In this document: one piece after another, positions 42,317 to 56,500 of the stretch
Position numbering within the stretch: the first letter of the stretch is position 1
Layout: each line of letters begins with the position of its first letter
NCBI RefSeq assembly: GCF_006345805.1
Contig: NC_042997.1
Location: forward strand, 94,054,001-94,118,000
Reading direction: 5' to 3'
Length of the DNA stretch: 64,000 nucleotides
Origin: Octopus sinensis
Lineage: Eukaryota
Position numbers and translations under genes: made by a program
Notes under the pieces: generated by a model
What the model was told of the DNA's origin: nothing
Seen by the model: the letters and a program-made list of their open reading frames with translations, nothing else
Database searches by the model: none

Positions 42317-42511
42317 TACACACGCTGACATAGAACCAACGTTGAACTCTTTATTCACAATATTACTGATTCTGGAACTTAACTATGGTCTGTCTATAGC
42401 AATTATTCAGCATTAACTGACACCTTTGGGTCTCAATGACACCATTATCTCTTATATATATGTATGTATATATATATATATGCATATATATATATGCATA
42501 TATATATATGC

Positions 42512-42546
<35 letters not shown>

Positions 42547-42567
42547 GCATATATATATGTATATATA

Positions 42568-42608
<41 letters not shown>

Positions 42609-43218
42609 TGTGTGTGCGCGTGTGTGTACGTCTGTATGTGTCTCTTTTTGTCCCTCATCACAGCTTGACAACCGGGGATGGCGTGTTTACGTCCCATAAT
42701 TGTCCGGTAAAAGAGACTGATAAAATAAGTACTAAGTTTATAAAGAATAAGTCCCAAGATCGACTAAAAGATCCTTTAAGGCGGTGCTGCAGCATGACCG
42801 CAGTCAAACAACTGAAACAAGTAAAAGAATAAAAGAAAGAAAGAATAACTCTGAGAATTCTTTATGTTGGGTTTAACTTAATCATCTTTGCTAACATGCC
42901 TCTGTACAAAGCTTTGATAAATCTCTTTTATCAACTAATAACATTTCAAAAATCTTCGTTTAACACAAATAGCAGAACAACAAGGATATTTTCTAGTTAT
43001 CTTTATCTGCAATTGCTCTGAGCAAAAATCTTTCCAGAGATACAGGTGTGACATAGAGAAATATAATCACAAAAAAAGTGCTCTATCAGTGCCATCAAGT
43101 TGACTCATTATATCATAACGATATCATCTGGATCTAAACCCTCGGAGTACTCTCAGTCTTTGCTAGAAGAATGTGAGTAGTGTGAGGAAATATCTTTGAG
43201 CTATTATTTTCTCCGAAT

Positions 43219-43258
<40 letters not shown>

Positions 43259-43350
43259 CACACACACGCACATGCACACACCCAAAACACATGTACGTAC
43301 CTTATATCTATATTCATACACACACGCATATATATATATTATATATATAT

Positions 43351-43401
<51 letters not shown>

Positions 43402-44285
43402 ATATATATATATATATGCATACACATGAGCGCGCTAATACATGTAAAAGAAACTCAGGAATTGTAGTCAGCATTAATACTGCCACGCTTAAATTCATTT
43501 AACCAGTGTTTAACTGTTGCATACGAAGGAGCATTGTCTGTTAAGGTTCTCACCATATCTTCATGGATTTCTAAAGGAATCATGCCTTTTACATGAAGGT
43601 ACTTTATGACAGCACGATACTCAGTTTTCTCCATTTTCCTTGTAAACTCGAAGATTGTTTATACAAATATCTGCAACAAAAAATTAAAATATCAGAATCA
43701 TGAAAATGAGCAAGAATACTCCTAAGAGACTGTACTTAGCAGAAAAAATTGTTTCAGCTATCGAGCAGTCCATTTCTAGGTTAGGCTCAAAACTTTTCAT
43801 ATACCCCTTGTGTATATATATGAGTGGCTGTGTGGTAAGTAGCTTGCTTACCAACCACATGGTTCCAGGTTCAGTCCCACTGCGTGGCATCTTGGGCAAG
43901 TGCCTTTTATTACATCCTCGGGCCGACCAAAGCCTTGTGAGTGAATTTGGTAGATGGAAGCTGAAAGAAGCCCATCGTATATATGTACATGTATACATAT
44001 ATATATGTGTGCGTGTGTGTGTGTTTGTGTGTCTGTGTTCGTCCACCTAGCATTGCTTGACAACCAATGCTGGTGTGTTTATGTCCCCGTCACTTAGTGG
44101 TTCGGCAGAAGAGACCGATAGAACAAGTACTAGGCTTACAACGAATAAGTCCTGGGGGTCGATTTGCACGACTAAAGGCGGTGCTCCAGCATGGCCGCAG
44201 TCAAATGGCTGAAACAAGTAAACGAGTAAAAGAGTATATATATATATATAATATATATATATATACTCTTTTACTCGTTTACTTG

Positions 44286-44320
<35 letters not shown>

Positions 44321-44800
44321 AACACACACAAGCACGCAGAACAATGTGGAAAAAAATAGTACTCGAATACTAAAGCTGCAAGATTATAACAAAGCCGTTA
44401 TTCAGAGTTTCACGTTGCCGTTTGTCGGACAGTTCATCACAACTCTCCGACAGACGGGAACGTGAATGTTTAACAGTTTTGTGATAAGTTCGCCGCTTTA
44501 ATAAAAGTGTGTGTGTACACACACACACACACATCAGAAAACTGAGACCATGGGAGTTTGATAAGCGTGAGACGCGAAACAGATACTCCCAGTTTATTAT
44601 ATAATGTTGTAATACAACTCTTTGTTTCATTATGAACTTAATATTAGCATAAATTTTATTAAACAAACCTCCTGTGCATGTTTACATATTTTTTCTTATA
44701 TATATATATATAAGGGGAGAATTCACAAAAAAAAGAGACAAGACAGGTGGTGTAGACAACAAGCAGATACATTAGTTTAACGGTCGGAAAGTGAAAAAGT

Positions 44801-44836
44801 CTTTAACGTTTCGAGCCTACGGTCTTCCACAGAAAG
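44801..44836 (-). ncRNA. Hammerhead-like motif, core variant CUGUGGA, in PLE terminus 44712-44890
   Basis: cttt-CTGTGGA-a-GACC(gtag)GCTC-GAAAC-GTT-aaag. Confidence 0.45.
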
Positions 44837-44950
44837 GAACACAAAAAGAAACAAGGAGAGAAAATAAAGAATGTGTAGTGGCTGGCGATCTACACACACA
44901 TACATACACACACACTCACACACCACACACACACACATACATATAAATAC

Positions 44951-44999
<49 letters not shown>

Positions 45000-45942
45000 T
45001 ATATATAAATATATATATGTGTATGTATGTATATATATATATGCATATATATATATATATATATATATATCCATACATATATAAATGTATATATATATAC
45101 ATATATATATATGCATACATATATGTGTATATATATGTAAATATATCTATATATATATAATAGTATACATATATAATATATATATATATATATATATTAG
45201 TATATTTATATATACATATATAGTTGTGTATGTATATATGTATTTGTGTCTGTGTATGCACATATGTGTACCTGCGTTTGTGCCTGTGTTTGTTTAATAT
45301 ATATCACTAAGAAATGAAATAATCACCAATAGCCACCAGCGAGAAATTAAATTGAGTAATCGATCAGACATTGTCTGCGATAAAAATTTTATATGGATTC
45401 GTCTCAAAGTAAAAATTTCAATGTAATACAAAACAACCCAGATAAAAAAAAAAGCAGATTGATTTCTCAAACTGAAATGATGTCAAAACAAACTTTACGC
45501 TCTTATATTACACCACTTCGTTTTGTATCATCCATAAAAGTGTTACTAATCGAAATGTTCCAATGTAATTAGCAAAATATTCTCCCTGTCAGTTTTATGT
45601 TAGATTAATATAGACAAATTTGTGTGAGATAAGCGCTTATTTTATAATTCCTTGTCAAATGACATTATTAATTAATGGCAGAATCAAAAGATTGTCAGAA
45701 AAAATGTAAAAATTCTTCTAGTGATATATAATGGCATTTTCAACGTTAGTTATGGAATTTGACGTCCTGAGTTTCAGTTCTAACTTTTTATCCAGACGTA
45801 CTCGACTAAATAAGTTTACCGAACTTCAAAGTTCGCGGACTTTGAATAAGTTTACTTTAATTTTATATTTATCTACCGCTCTTTTTAAAAATATTTAAAT
45901 GTATGTAAAAAGTATACATACAAACATTCACACACACACACA

Positions 45943-45993
<51 letters not shown>

Positions 45994-47477
45994 CACATAT
46001 ATGTAAAACTATATAAACAATTATGTATGTGTGTCAGACCGTATCTATATTAATATTAAAATCTTCAGTAAAAATAGTATGAATGCGTATTGGAAGTGTA
46101 TGTGTGTGCATGTATTAATAGATATATTTGGGTATATTCTATTTCACTTGTATGTCGAGAAAATTCCATGGTCCGGCAGTCTTTTGAATCTACTACTAAC
46201 AATTGGATGATTTTTCACTAAGACTGCGCTGTTAGCAGCTCCGAGCCCCAAACTTTGCTTACCGCATAGAAACATTTTGGTGATATGTTCCCTCTTATTT
46301 TTGATATTTAGCTGAATTTTAGTCCTTCAAAATGTCATCCAAGAAACTAAACGATGCAATTGATGGCGATGGTGCTAATAAATGTAACTGTAAATCATTA
46401 TTACTGATAGAAAATATATATTTCCCGAAGAAATAAAAGGAAGCAACATATGTAAAGATTTTTATTAGAGTGCTATAGGTTTAGACCATCAACTGTGTAT
46501 CACTTAAAAAGCAACAGCATCAAAAGGAACGGAAGTTTTTTTTTGCTGGAATTCTAAGTGGGAAAAATTTGATGGTTCGGAAATTGTTGAAAGGTACCAG
46601 GAGTCATGCCCGGTAAGTTCAACGTCATCAATTCACTGCATGGAAAATTCACCGTCATCAATTCACCATTTAAAAAAAATAGTTTTAACTATTAACGATG
46701 AGATACTAGGAATATATTTTCTCGGTAAACTTTCCTCGAGGTAAACTTTCCTAATGGTGAGCATTCTTCATGAATTTTCCTTGCGATAAATTAATGGCGA
46801 TGAACTTATCTTAATCACCAGGAGTATCGTAATTTGGTAGCATACTTATAAATTGTTTTAAACTACAACCTAATGAACGATAAAAAAGTTTTAGGCGTTG
46901 TATATGAAGCAAGTCAAAGTTATAGTGAACTAAAGCTAAAATATGACTGTGAATATTTTCAAGTATTGCTGCACAAGTTTAATCGGAGCCATCGTATTTC
47001 GGTATATAAGTCAGAGGTATTTCGGTACATAAGTATGAGGCTTAGTACTGACACTGTAGCTGCAACAACGTTTGTGAATGAATTTCCATGGCTATTGTCA
47101 TCAGAAAAATTAGCTCTAGACAAGTTATAATGCTAAGAATATGTTCTGTTTTAGAATTCTGTGCCATGAACAATTCATACAGAAGAAACTGAGAAGACTC
47201 CGCCTTTGTAAAGACAGTTCCCATGCTGCAGGGACACACAAAACCAAGTTGGTGGCAATTGCGAGGAGTGTTAACGCAAGGGGCGACGCTTTCCATTTCT
47301 TAAAAGTGCTAATATAAAGTGGGCTTTTGAGTGAAACATGAAAACACTCTAACTCTCTTCGCCTCCACCCAAGTATAAAATATATTTAGGAATATATATA
47401 TATATTTATTATATATATATTTAGGAATATATATATATATTTATTATATATATATTTAGGAATATATATATATATTT

Positions 47478-47712
47478 GAAGGCGGCGAGCTGGGAGAAAC
47501 GTTAGCACGCCGGGCGAAATGCGTAGCCGTATTTCGTCTGCAGTTACGTTCTGGGTTCAAATTCCGCCGAGGTCGACTTTGCCTTTCATCCTTTCGGGGT
47601 CGATAAATTAAGTACCAGTTACGCACTGGGGGCCGATATAATCAACTTGATCCGTTTGTCTGTCCTTGTTTTTCCCCTCTATGTTTAGCCCCTTGAAGGT
47701 AGTAAAGAAATA
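47478..47712 (+). mobile_element. tRNA-derived CORE-type SINE; older copy adjacent at ~47780-47990
   Basis: gggttcaaattcc B-box and gtcgactttgcctttcatcctttcggggtcgataaattaagtaccag core. Related degenerate copies at ~23395-23575, 40190-40530 and 54745-54890. Confidence 0.7.
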
Positions 47713-48396
47713 TATATTTAGGAATATATAAATGTTCGATCGATTTCAAAGCAAAATCTTTAATAAAGACAATAATTTTAGAAGGTGGTGAGGTTGAGGA
47801 ATCGTTACTGCGCCGGAGAAAATGCTTAGCTGCATTTCTTCTGACTTTACCTTCTGAGTTCAAATGCCGTGAAGGTCGAGTTTACCATTCAACTTCCAGA
47901 ATCGATAAAATAATTACAAGTTGAGTATTGGGATCGATGTAATCGACTTGTGTCCTTCCTCACAATTGCTGGCCTTGTTCCACAATTTGAAATTAATATT
48001 TTTAATCTATACTTCCTTACTGAATGCATCTCTTCGATTCAATTACTTGACTATGAGATATTAGTGTGATTGAAATATAAAATAGATCGGAGTTCATGCA
48101 AAATTCGTTGGGCTGTATTATATAATGGGGAGCTTCCTGAAGATTTCATTAACTTAAAAGATATATATATAATAATATCCTTATAAGAAAATTATATATA
48201 TGCACAGATAGATAAATATAATAATATAATAAGGAAGGGTAAAATGATTGCAAATGTAACTTTGAAAGGAAATACCCGTTCAGACAAGGCAGAAGCTGCA
48301 TTTTTCATAACCTTCATCAGGTAAGTGGAATATGTATCCCTACATTTCGTAGCAAAATATATACATACACAGAGGAGTATATATATATATATATAA

Positions 48397-48481
<85 letters not shown>

Positions 48482-48881
48482 TTATGTATATGTGTGTGTA
48501 TGTGTGTTCGTGCGTGTCTGTATGTTCATGCGTTGCAAAAAGCCTCGGTTTTCGTTTTGTAATTTCAAAATACAATAAGACCTAATATGTTTTATCTTGA
48601 GTTTAATGAAATCTTACTGTATTATCTGACAAGGACTGCAATAAAAGTATCAAGAATTTTAAAGTTTCAGTACACCCACAAACACACCCACACCCACCCA
48701 CACAAACACATATACACGCACACACTCTCACATACATATCTCGATAATAACTTCAAAAGTTTGTTGATTCATAAGTTCACTGAATTTTACACCGGTTAAC
48801 CATGCGAATGATGACTACTTCATCAAACATAAAATCTATCTATCTATCTATGTATATTATTCTCATAGAAGAAAGTTGTTG

Positions 48882-48926
48882 GCAGTGACTTCAAAGTTTC
48901 GCCCAGTTAAGTCATCGTCGAACTAC
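48882..48926 (-). ncRNA. Degenerate hammerhead-like motif
   Basis: gtagt-TCGACGA-t-GAC(ttaactg)GGC-GAAAC-TTTGAAGT-C-actgc: GUC triplet, near-palindromic helix III, mutated C3/U4 and a helix II mismatch. Confidence 0.35.
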
Positions 48927-49112
48927 TGCAATTTTGAAATCACTGTCAATAACATTCTTGTTTCAGAATAATTAATTTGTACTCTACAAAAGTACAGAAT
49001 AACTCATCACTGTTTTTATTATAACTGAATTATAAAAACAAACAGTAACATATACATACATACATACATACACACATACATACATACATACATACATACA
49101 TACATACATACA

Positions 49113-49148
<36 letters not shown>

Positions 49149-49358
49149 TATAGGTATATATACATATGTATATATATAATATACTTAATATGTATGTATA
49201 GGCGCAGGCAAGGCTGTATGGTAAGCTATATGGTTCCGGGTTCAGTCCTACTGTGTGCACCTTAGGCAAATGTCTTTTACTATAGCTTCGGGCCGAGTAA
49301 AGCCTTGTGTGTAGATGTGGTAGACGGAAACTGAAAGAAGCCCGGGCATGTTCGTATG

Positions 49359-49392
<34 letters not shown>

Positions 49393-52300
49393 TATATATA
49401 AGGGATGACCTGTAAGTGGAAATCCATTATGTTGGAAGATCCACTATGGTTTTACCACTAAGAAAGGAATGTTCTCACGAAAATTAAGCAAACGCCAGAA
49501 CGTAAGCGAGCAAGACAAATGAAAAGATACAAAGTATAGATTAATCACAAACCAGATTTCGTCGTTAATGCTTACGTAATCATTTACGTAATTATCCGCA
49601 ACTCGTCAGTGTGATCGTCTTTGCAAATATAATTTGCACAACTATACACGAGACGTCCGCATGAGATTGAACATGCATAGAGTTCTACCAATTGGTAGAA
49701 CTGCATACAATTCTTCGACTAAAAAAACCCTTTAAGGCTGTGCTCCAGCATGGCTGCAGTCAAATGACTGGACAAGTAAAAGAATAAAAGAATTAAATAA
49801 TGGCGCATAAGATCATAAATAATCATTATAGCTTATATAATATCAAATTCTAACTGTAGGGAATCTGCCAGTCCACTGCACATCCTATACTATCGTAAAT
49901 TATTTCGAATGTTGAAACAAGGCCAGTAACTTTGAAGGAGGGGAGCAAGTAGATTACATCTACCGCAATACTTATGTTAGACTAACTGTCAAGTTCTCTT
50001 TTCAGTGTCCTAATGTTTCCGCCAATAGCGCGTAACTGCAGGCTTTCACCAGATTCTGGACCTTAGTATTTCGAAGGAAGGTTCATCCATGTATAGATCA
50101 CTGCCCAGAGGCTTCACTTGCTAGCGACTATGTGCGTAGCAAAGAGTGTCCAGAAAGCTGAAGATATCATTCTTGATTTTCATCAGTTAACTAAGGGCTG
50201 TAACCACAAAATCACTCATTGGTCACTTATTGTATTGATTATATTGAAGAATATTTTAATTAACTCGTAGTGCACTGCATAGCATTTTGGCTTCCATGTG
50301 ACAAGTAAACAAAGTAGCTACATCAAAGCTTTTATCACTTGGTGGGCAGGAAGATTCTGGTCTCATTAGATATTCATCAATGAGAGGATAGCCACCATTT
50401 GTCAATGACAGTTTAGTAGCTGATGGCTATGAAGAATTTATACAAATTAGGATTCAACTAAACTGGTCGGTCTGATTTACATACATTAATTAATCTATGA
50501 TGCCTGCTTACACCATTAATTAATATGTTCATACTACTTTATACTGCTCGTTAAAAAGAAATAAACTTATAATTTTTGGTCGCTGTGAAACACAAGTTAT
50601 AGTGAGAAAAAGTACACCCTTTAAGATTTCACAGTTTGTATTTACCAGATCTCACTCTCAAGGCTCTACCAAATCGAGGCTGAGGTGAAAATCACTTCTC
50701 CAAGATACTGCGCAATAACGTTGGACTCGAACCATTGGGCTGCGAAACTAATTTCTTAACCACATGGCCATGTCTGACACCATATGTACACTTAGTTTCA
50801 TTTCAAGTTCCGAGAAATTTATCGATGACCAGGAATTGAATTGTCTAAACTTTGAGAATTACTCGAAGCATCGTAGTGGAAACTACATTATCGACAAAAA
50901 TAATTATATCACGCGAATGAAGTCACTTTCAGAATTTAAAACTGATTGGCTAAGACTTCAAATTAATTTAAGTAGCAATTATTTGGCTCCTTGTATGAAG
51001 TTTCTTTAATGGAATGAAAATAATTGGCCAAAATGATTACAAAATATCTTTTTCCTCTTAGCTTTCAATTAGCATCAATGACACCAAAACCAAAACAAAA
51101 ATAACAATAACAGTAATAATAGTTAAACATTAAAAAGATGATGATAATAATGTCAAATATAAGCCGAATAAAAGTTAGAAGTGATGAGTGAGAGCTATTA
51201 GTCACATTAGAAATATCATATCGACAACTAGTTGCTTAAACTAAATGAACATAAATTGATGAAATACAATACTCATGATCATGCTATTTAGTAAAATGAT
51301 GACTGACTTGTCGTAAACATGTGTGTTTGTCCAGTCAAAAACATAGCCTGTCATACATACATACATACATTCATACATAGATACATACATACATACATAC
51401 ATACATACATACATACATACATACATACATACATACATACATACATACATACATGTGTGAAGGTATGAATTGTATGTATGTATATATAGATATATTATTC
51501 AACCACATTTGTTAATATTTTGCGGTAATTCCTGCAGTGTAAGCTGCCAGCTAGCCCAATCCAGTCCTGCGTTTTGATTAAAACTTGTATATACTGCCAC
51601 TGGGAAAAGGAAAACAGATTTATAAAGAACTTTTTTACCAGCCTAACAGCAGTTTTATAAGATTTGCTTTAAATAGCAGCCCAGTCTCCTCCATATTACA
51701 ATAGAAAATCTTAAAAAGAGGAACAGAGACATAAGATAAAAGTCTTTGCTACATCAAGCTGAAGTGGAGCTAAATATCAACATATCCATTTGCAGCTATC
51801 TAAAACTATAAAGTACATCATAACTTCTAGAGAAATTAACGTAATAAAGAACATAAGGGGATTAAAAAAAGGCATTCCGATCAAGCATTAATGATATTAT
51901 TAAATAACCCTAAGTCGATTCAGGCTAAGAACTAATACAAAAATATTCTATTTCTGATCACCTCGTCTTTTTCGAAGCATAATGTGCCTTGAACTAGATT
52001 ATCTGATGTATTTTTAGCTGTTGTTTTTGAGGTAGTAAGATGTGATTTGAGGAAGATATATTCGCTATTTTAGCACTTTGAGTAACTAGACTGCGGATCC
52101 TGCCTAAAAATTGCAATTGTTAAAGATGAGCGAGCAATCATACATTTCTCTAACAAGATATATTGGGAACAGAGAATGTTTTAGGCGGTGGGATTTTAAT
52201 TCTAAACGGAAACAGTCGAAACAAAATTCTAAATTGTTTAACTGTCTTTCTCAACTAACACTGCCTCAACTAACAAGCACTATTGATTCAATCTTGCCCA

Positions 52301-53742
52301 TGATATGATTAGTACATAAAAAGACAAACAATATAGACCCTTAAAACAACGATGAGGATGTTTAACATTCTCCACAAAGTCAAACTCGTTTGGAGAAGGA
52401 AGAGACAACTGGATCGCTCCTTGTACTTCATTTCTTCACGTTCTGAGCTAAAATATTTACAGTTAAGCTTTGTTTCCACTTGACTAAGGTTGTTGCAGCC
52501 CATTTTCTTCACTTCATAAATATGTCGCTTTCTTGAAGGCGACATATTTATGGTGGAAGTCAATGTAATAAATTGGTATTTATTTTCGGTAGTTTACAGA
52601 GTAAAAGGTTCATAAACAGTTTAAGATAGAAAGTACAGATATTTGTTAGATACGATTATAGATAAACAACCCATTAATATTCTGGATATAGAACAACAGA
52701 GAAATAAATACATATCACAAATACTTTGTTAATACGTATTTAGAATATGAAAATAGTCGATATATATATATTATATATATATGAACGGATATGTATATAT
52801 GCATGTGCATGTGTACATGTGTTTCTATGTACGTATATATTAAAACATACAAATCTAGATAGATAAACAGGAAAACAAAAGACAGATGTTTTTAGAAATG
52901 TAAATATACGACTATCTTTCACTGATGAACCTAGAAGTCAAAATATAAGAAATATATAGACTAAAGGTTAGAAGATTTCAATGCTGTCGGAATTATAGAA
53001 ATAAATCACAACGAGCAGGTGAATTGTCAATTTCAGTACAATCTGTTACAGACGGATCTTAGAATAAAACGCTGTAAGTAGGTGAGGGCAGTAGTATTAA
53101 CGGAAAATGTAGATACGTTTGCAGTATTTAGTTTATTATCCCTCGCTTCAGTGCTGAAGATGTTCAGGATGGACTTTCTCTGATCAGGATTAAAAGAACA
53201 AGTATGGCTAAGATTTTATCTCATGCACTCGCAACTTCTTTATGATCTATCATTCTGTGATATAAATGAATACATACTAATATATAATGACGTACAAACA
53301 TATATACGTGTACATAATTATAGACACACGTCTATAGAAAAAAAGAATATCTTGCGTATATAACGAAAATAGGATTTTCATGTAAATCGTGTTAGCAAAT
53401 AGTCCGATAAGAATGGAATGAATATACGTTTAGAGAAATATAATATAATTAAATATAATATTTCAAATAGAAGGCTTAAAGATAACATCATGTTATACAT
53501 ATTTAATCGGATCTTTCACTGGTTTAAGTCGTTAGAATGTGGCCATGCCGGGGCACCACCTTGAAGAATCTTTAGTCGAATGAATCGACCCCAGAGTCTA
53601 TTGGTCCTGGGTTCAGTCCCACTGCGTAGTACCTTGGACAAGTGTCTTCTTCTAAAGCCTGGTACTTATTATATCGGTCTCTGTTGCAAACACACTAGTG
53701 TTACAGAGACATAAACACATCAAACACAAAAGCACACACTCA

Positions 53743-53782
<40 letters not shown>

Positions 53783-53981
53783 CGACGGGCTTCTTTCAGT
53801 TTCCGTCTGCCAAATCCACTCATAAGGCTTTTAAGCTCAAAGTTTTTGTAGAAGACACTTACCCATGTTGCCGCGCACTGAGACTGAACGCAGAACCAAG
53901 TAGTTTGGAAGCAATCTTCTTACCACATAGCCACACCTGTGACTGTGTATATGTATATATGTATGTAATATATCTCCTCCA

Positions 53982-54489
53982 GTGGAGCCGCAATGGCCCA
54001 GTGGTTAGGGCAACGCACTCGCGGTCGTAGGATTGCTGTTTCGATTCCCAGACCGGGCATTGTGAGTGTTTATTGAGCGAAAACACCTGAAGCTCCACGA
54101 GACTCCGACAGGGGTGGTGGTGAACCCTGCTGTACTCCTTCACCACAACTTTCACTCACTCTTTTTTCCTGTTTCTGTTGTACCTGTATTTCAAAGGGCC
54201 AGCCTTGTCACACTCTATGTCACACTGAATCTCCCCGAGAACTACGTTAAGGGTACACGTGTCTGTGGAGTGTTCAACTACTTGCACGTTAATAAATGAG
54301 CTGCTGCGTCACTTGTGCCAAGTTGCCTTTCCCTTGAATAACATCGAAGGTGTGAAGAGGGGAGGCTGGTATACGTGGGCGACTGCTGGTCTTCCATGAG
54401 TAACCTTGCCCAGACTTGTGCGCCGGAGGGTGACTTTCTAGGTGCAATCCCATGGTCATTCATGACCGAAGGGGGTCACAACACAACAA
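53982..54489 (+). mobile_element. Chimeric SINE (tRNA-SINE 5' part joined to a different 3' module)
   Basis: Matches the 23303-22919 SINE up to ~54292, then switches to unrelated sequence ending in an (ACA)n tail; TSD-like atatctcctcca / atatctccttca at 53970-53981 and 54490-54501. Confidence 0.65.
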
Positions 54490-54965
54490 ATATCTCCTTC
54501 AGACACAAACTCGTATTTTGAGCAATTGAACCAGAAAAGCATTTAATTGATGCAGTGCTTCATCAATGGATGTTAAAGTGGATGTTAAACCTTAAAAGAA
54601 AACTGCTATTTACAGCTAAGGTCGGTGAAATATAGCAATGAACACCATAAAGTTAGAGGGAATATATCAAGTATTGTGTTTCTTTATTAGCAAAAAAGAA
54701 CATCACCAAAACGTCACATATCTACAGTAAATATTTTAAACTGATTATTCCACCGAGTGTTGACTTTGCCTTTCAACCTTTCGGGGTCGATAAAATATGC
54801 ACCAATTGAGCACTGAGGGAGCGGACCGATGTAATCGACTCACCCAGACCTGAAATTGCTGGTCTTGTGCCAAAATTTGAAACCAGTATTTTAAACGGAT
54901 TAAAAATAAACTTACATAATTAAGTATTATTCGTTATTAGTGACAGAAACAGTTTTTCTTCAAAA

Positions 54966-55275
54966 TAGTAATCTGTATATTATATTTAAAGCTGATATAT
55001 TGTTGAAAGCCTTATAGACCGCTGTATTTATCTCGAAAAGACATCTCTTATAGACACACAATGTTAAAAGACAACAAAATATCAGTAGCCGACGAAAATT
55101 GACCAGCAGCCGTGATGGCATAGCTAAGTACGTATTTCTGCCTCTCTGTGCTTCCTCAGTGTCAAGAGTTTTTTCAACACTATACATCTATAAGGAATAC
55201 TTTCTCGAGACGAATACTACAATTTATAAGGCTTTCAACGATGTTTCTGCTTTAAGTATGATACACAGGTTGCTA
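54966..55275. mobile_element. Old MITE-like inverted repeat (~105-bp degenerate arms)
   Basis: Opposite-strand ORFs end in NTAVYKAFNNISALNIIYRLL and NTTIYKAFNDVSALSMIHRLL, showing the arms are reverse-complementary homologues. Confidence 0.6.
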
Positions 55276-56448
55276 AGTATTATTGTAGTAATATAGAAAT
55301 AGTTGAAATAAATATCTCTTAAACAAATTAATCCTTGCAAAGTATCTTAGCAAAGAGCGTGTTAAGCATGAAATTAGTTCTTGTTGGGAGAAATAATACA
55401 CTGAAATTCAATGAAATAAAATGATAGCAGAAACAAAAATGACTCTAAATAATAAAATAATATCATAGATTTTAAGGTAGATATATAGATATATTAAAGA
55501 ATGCTCTCCGGACACAGGCTTGTTGTTTTAAAACCCGACGCATAGAAATACCTAGTGTGATGCATTGGCAAGTACTTTGCAAATAGAAAACCGTAACGCA
55601 CAATTACTGCTCCTTTTCAAATCAAAGACATACAATTCTTTATATTTTCCGTCTCTTTCATTACTTTTCGGTTTAATTATTACATTCTTACGGTTCTCTA
55701 TAAGCTATAATTCTCAGTTGTGTTATACTACTTGCTATCCGCTGATGAAAGCTCAATACCGCTGATTTACAGCTACGGGGCCGACAAAAAACAAGAATGT
55801 ATCCGAAAAAGATGTATTTAATTTACGTATATTTACTTTAATATATATATATAACAGGAATGTGTTTTCGAGTGTTTTAGCCATCATTATATTTCATTGT
55901 ATTATTTCTTTTAGCATATTTTCATTTCATGCTTAATGAAATCTTTACGAACATGTTTTATACATAATTTTCTTTTGTTACTATCGCTGGATCTATTTTT
56001 CTACTATTTCTATTATATTCCTTACTGTTACTTAATTTCAAATATTTGACAACTTCCCACATAAGACCTATTTTGCAATAAATAATTAAATAAATAAAAA
56101 GGTGAGGATAATCTTGGCACCTTCTAATTCATTCCGGTTTTTATTATTATATTTCTCCAACCTAGTATAGATGTAATATTTTCATAAAGCTCCTTGTTTG
56201 TAACTCGCTGGTGAAAGTATTAAAGCGGTGATTCTACGACTGCATGTGCAGGTAACACAAAAACTTTCTATTGGGAAAATATATTTAATATAAATATGAC
56301 ATGATTTATAGTAACTTTTATATATCCTAGACCATATGGCGTGCCTATTAATAAAAAATTCTCACACATACACATATAAAATCCCTCTCAATCCCTCTCT
56401 CTCTCTCTCCTTCTCTCTCTATAATATATATATTATTTTGTCTAACTC

Positions 56449-56494
<46 letters not shown>

Positions 56495-56500
56495 TATATA

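Noticed and set aside
47380-47477. Three ~35-bp repeats resembling a CRISPR array
   Set aside because: Simple AT-rich tandem repeats with no unique spacers, in a eukaryotic context, related to the adjacent SINE target site.
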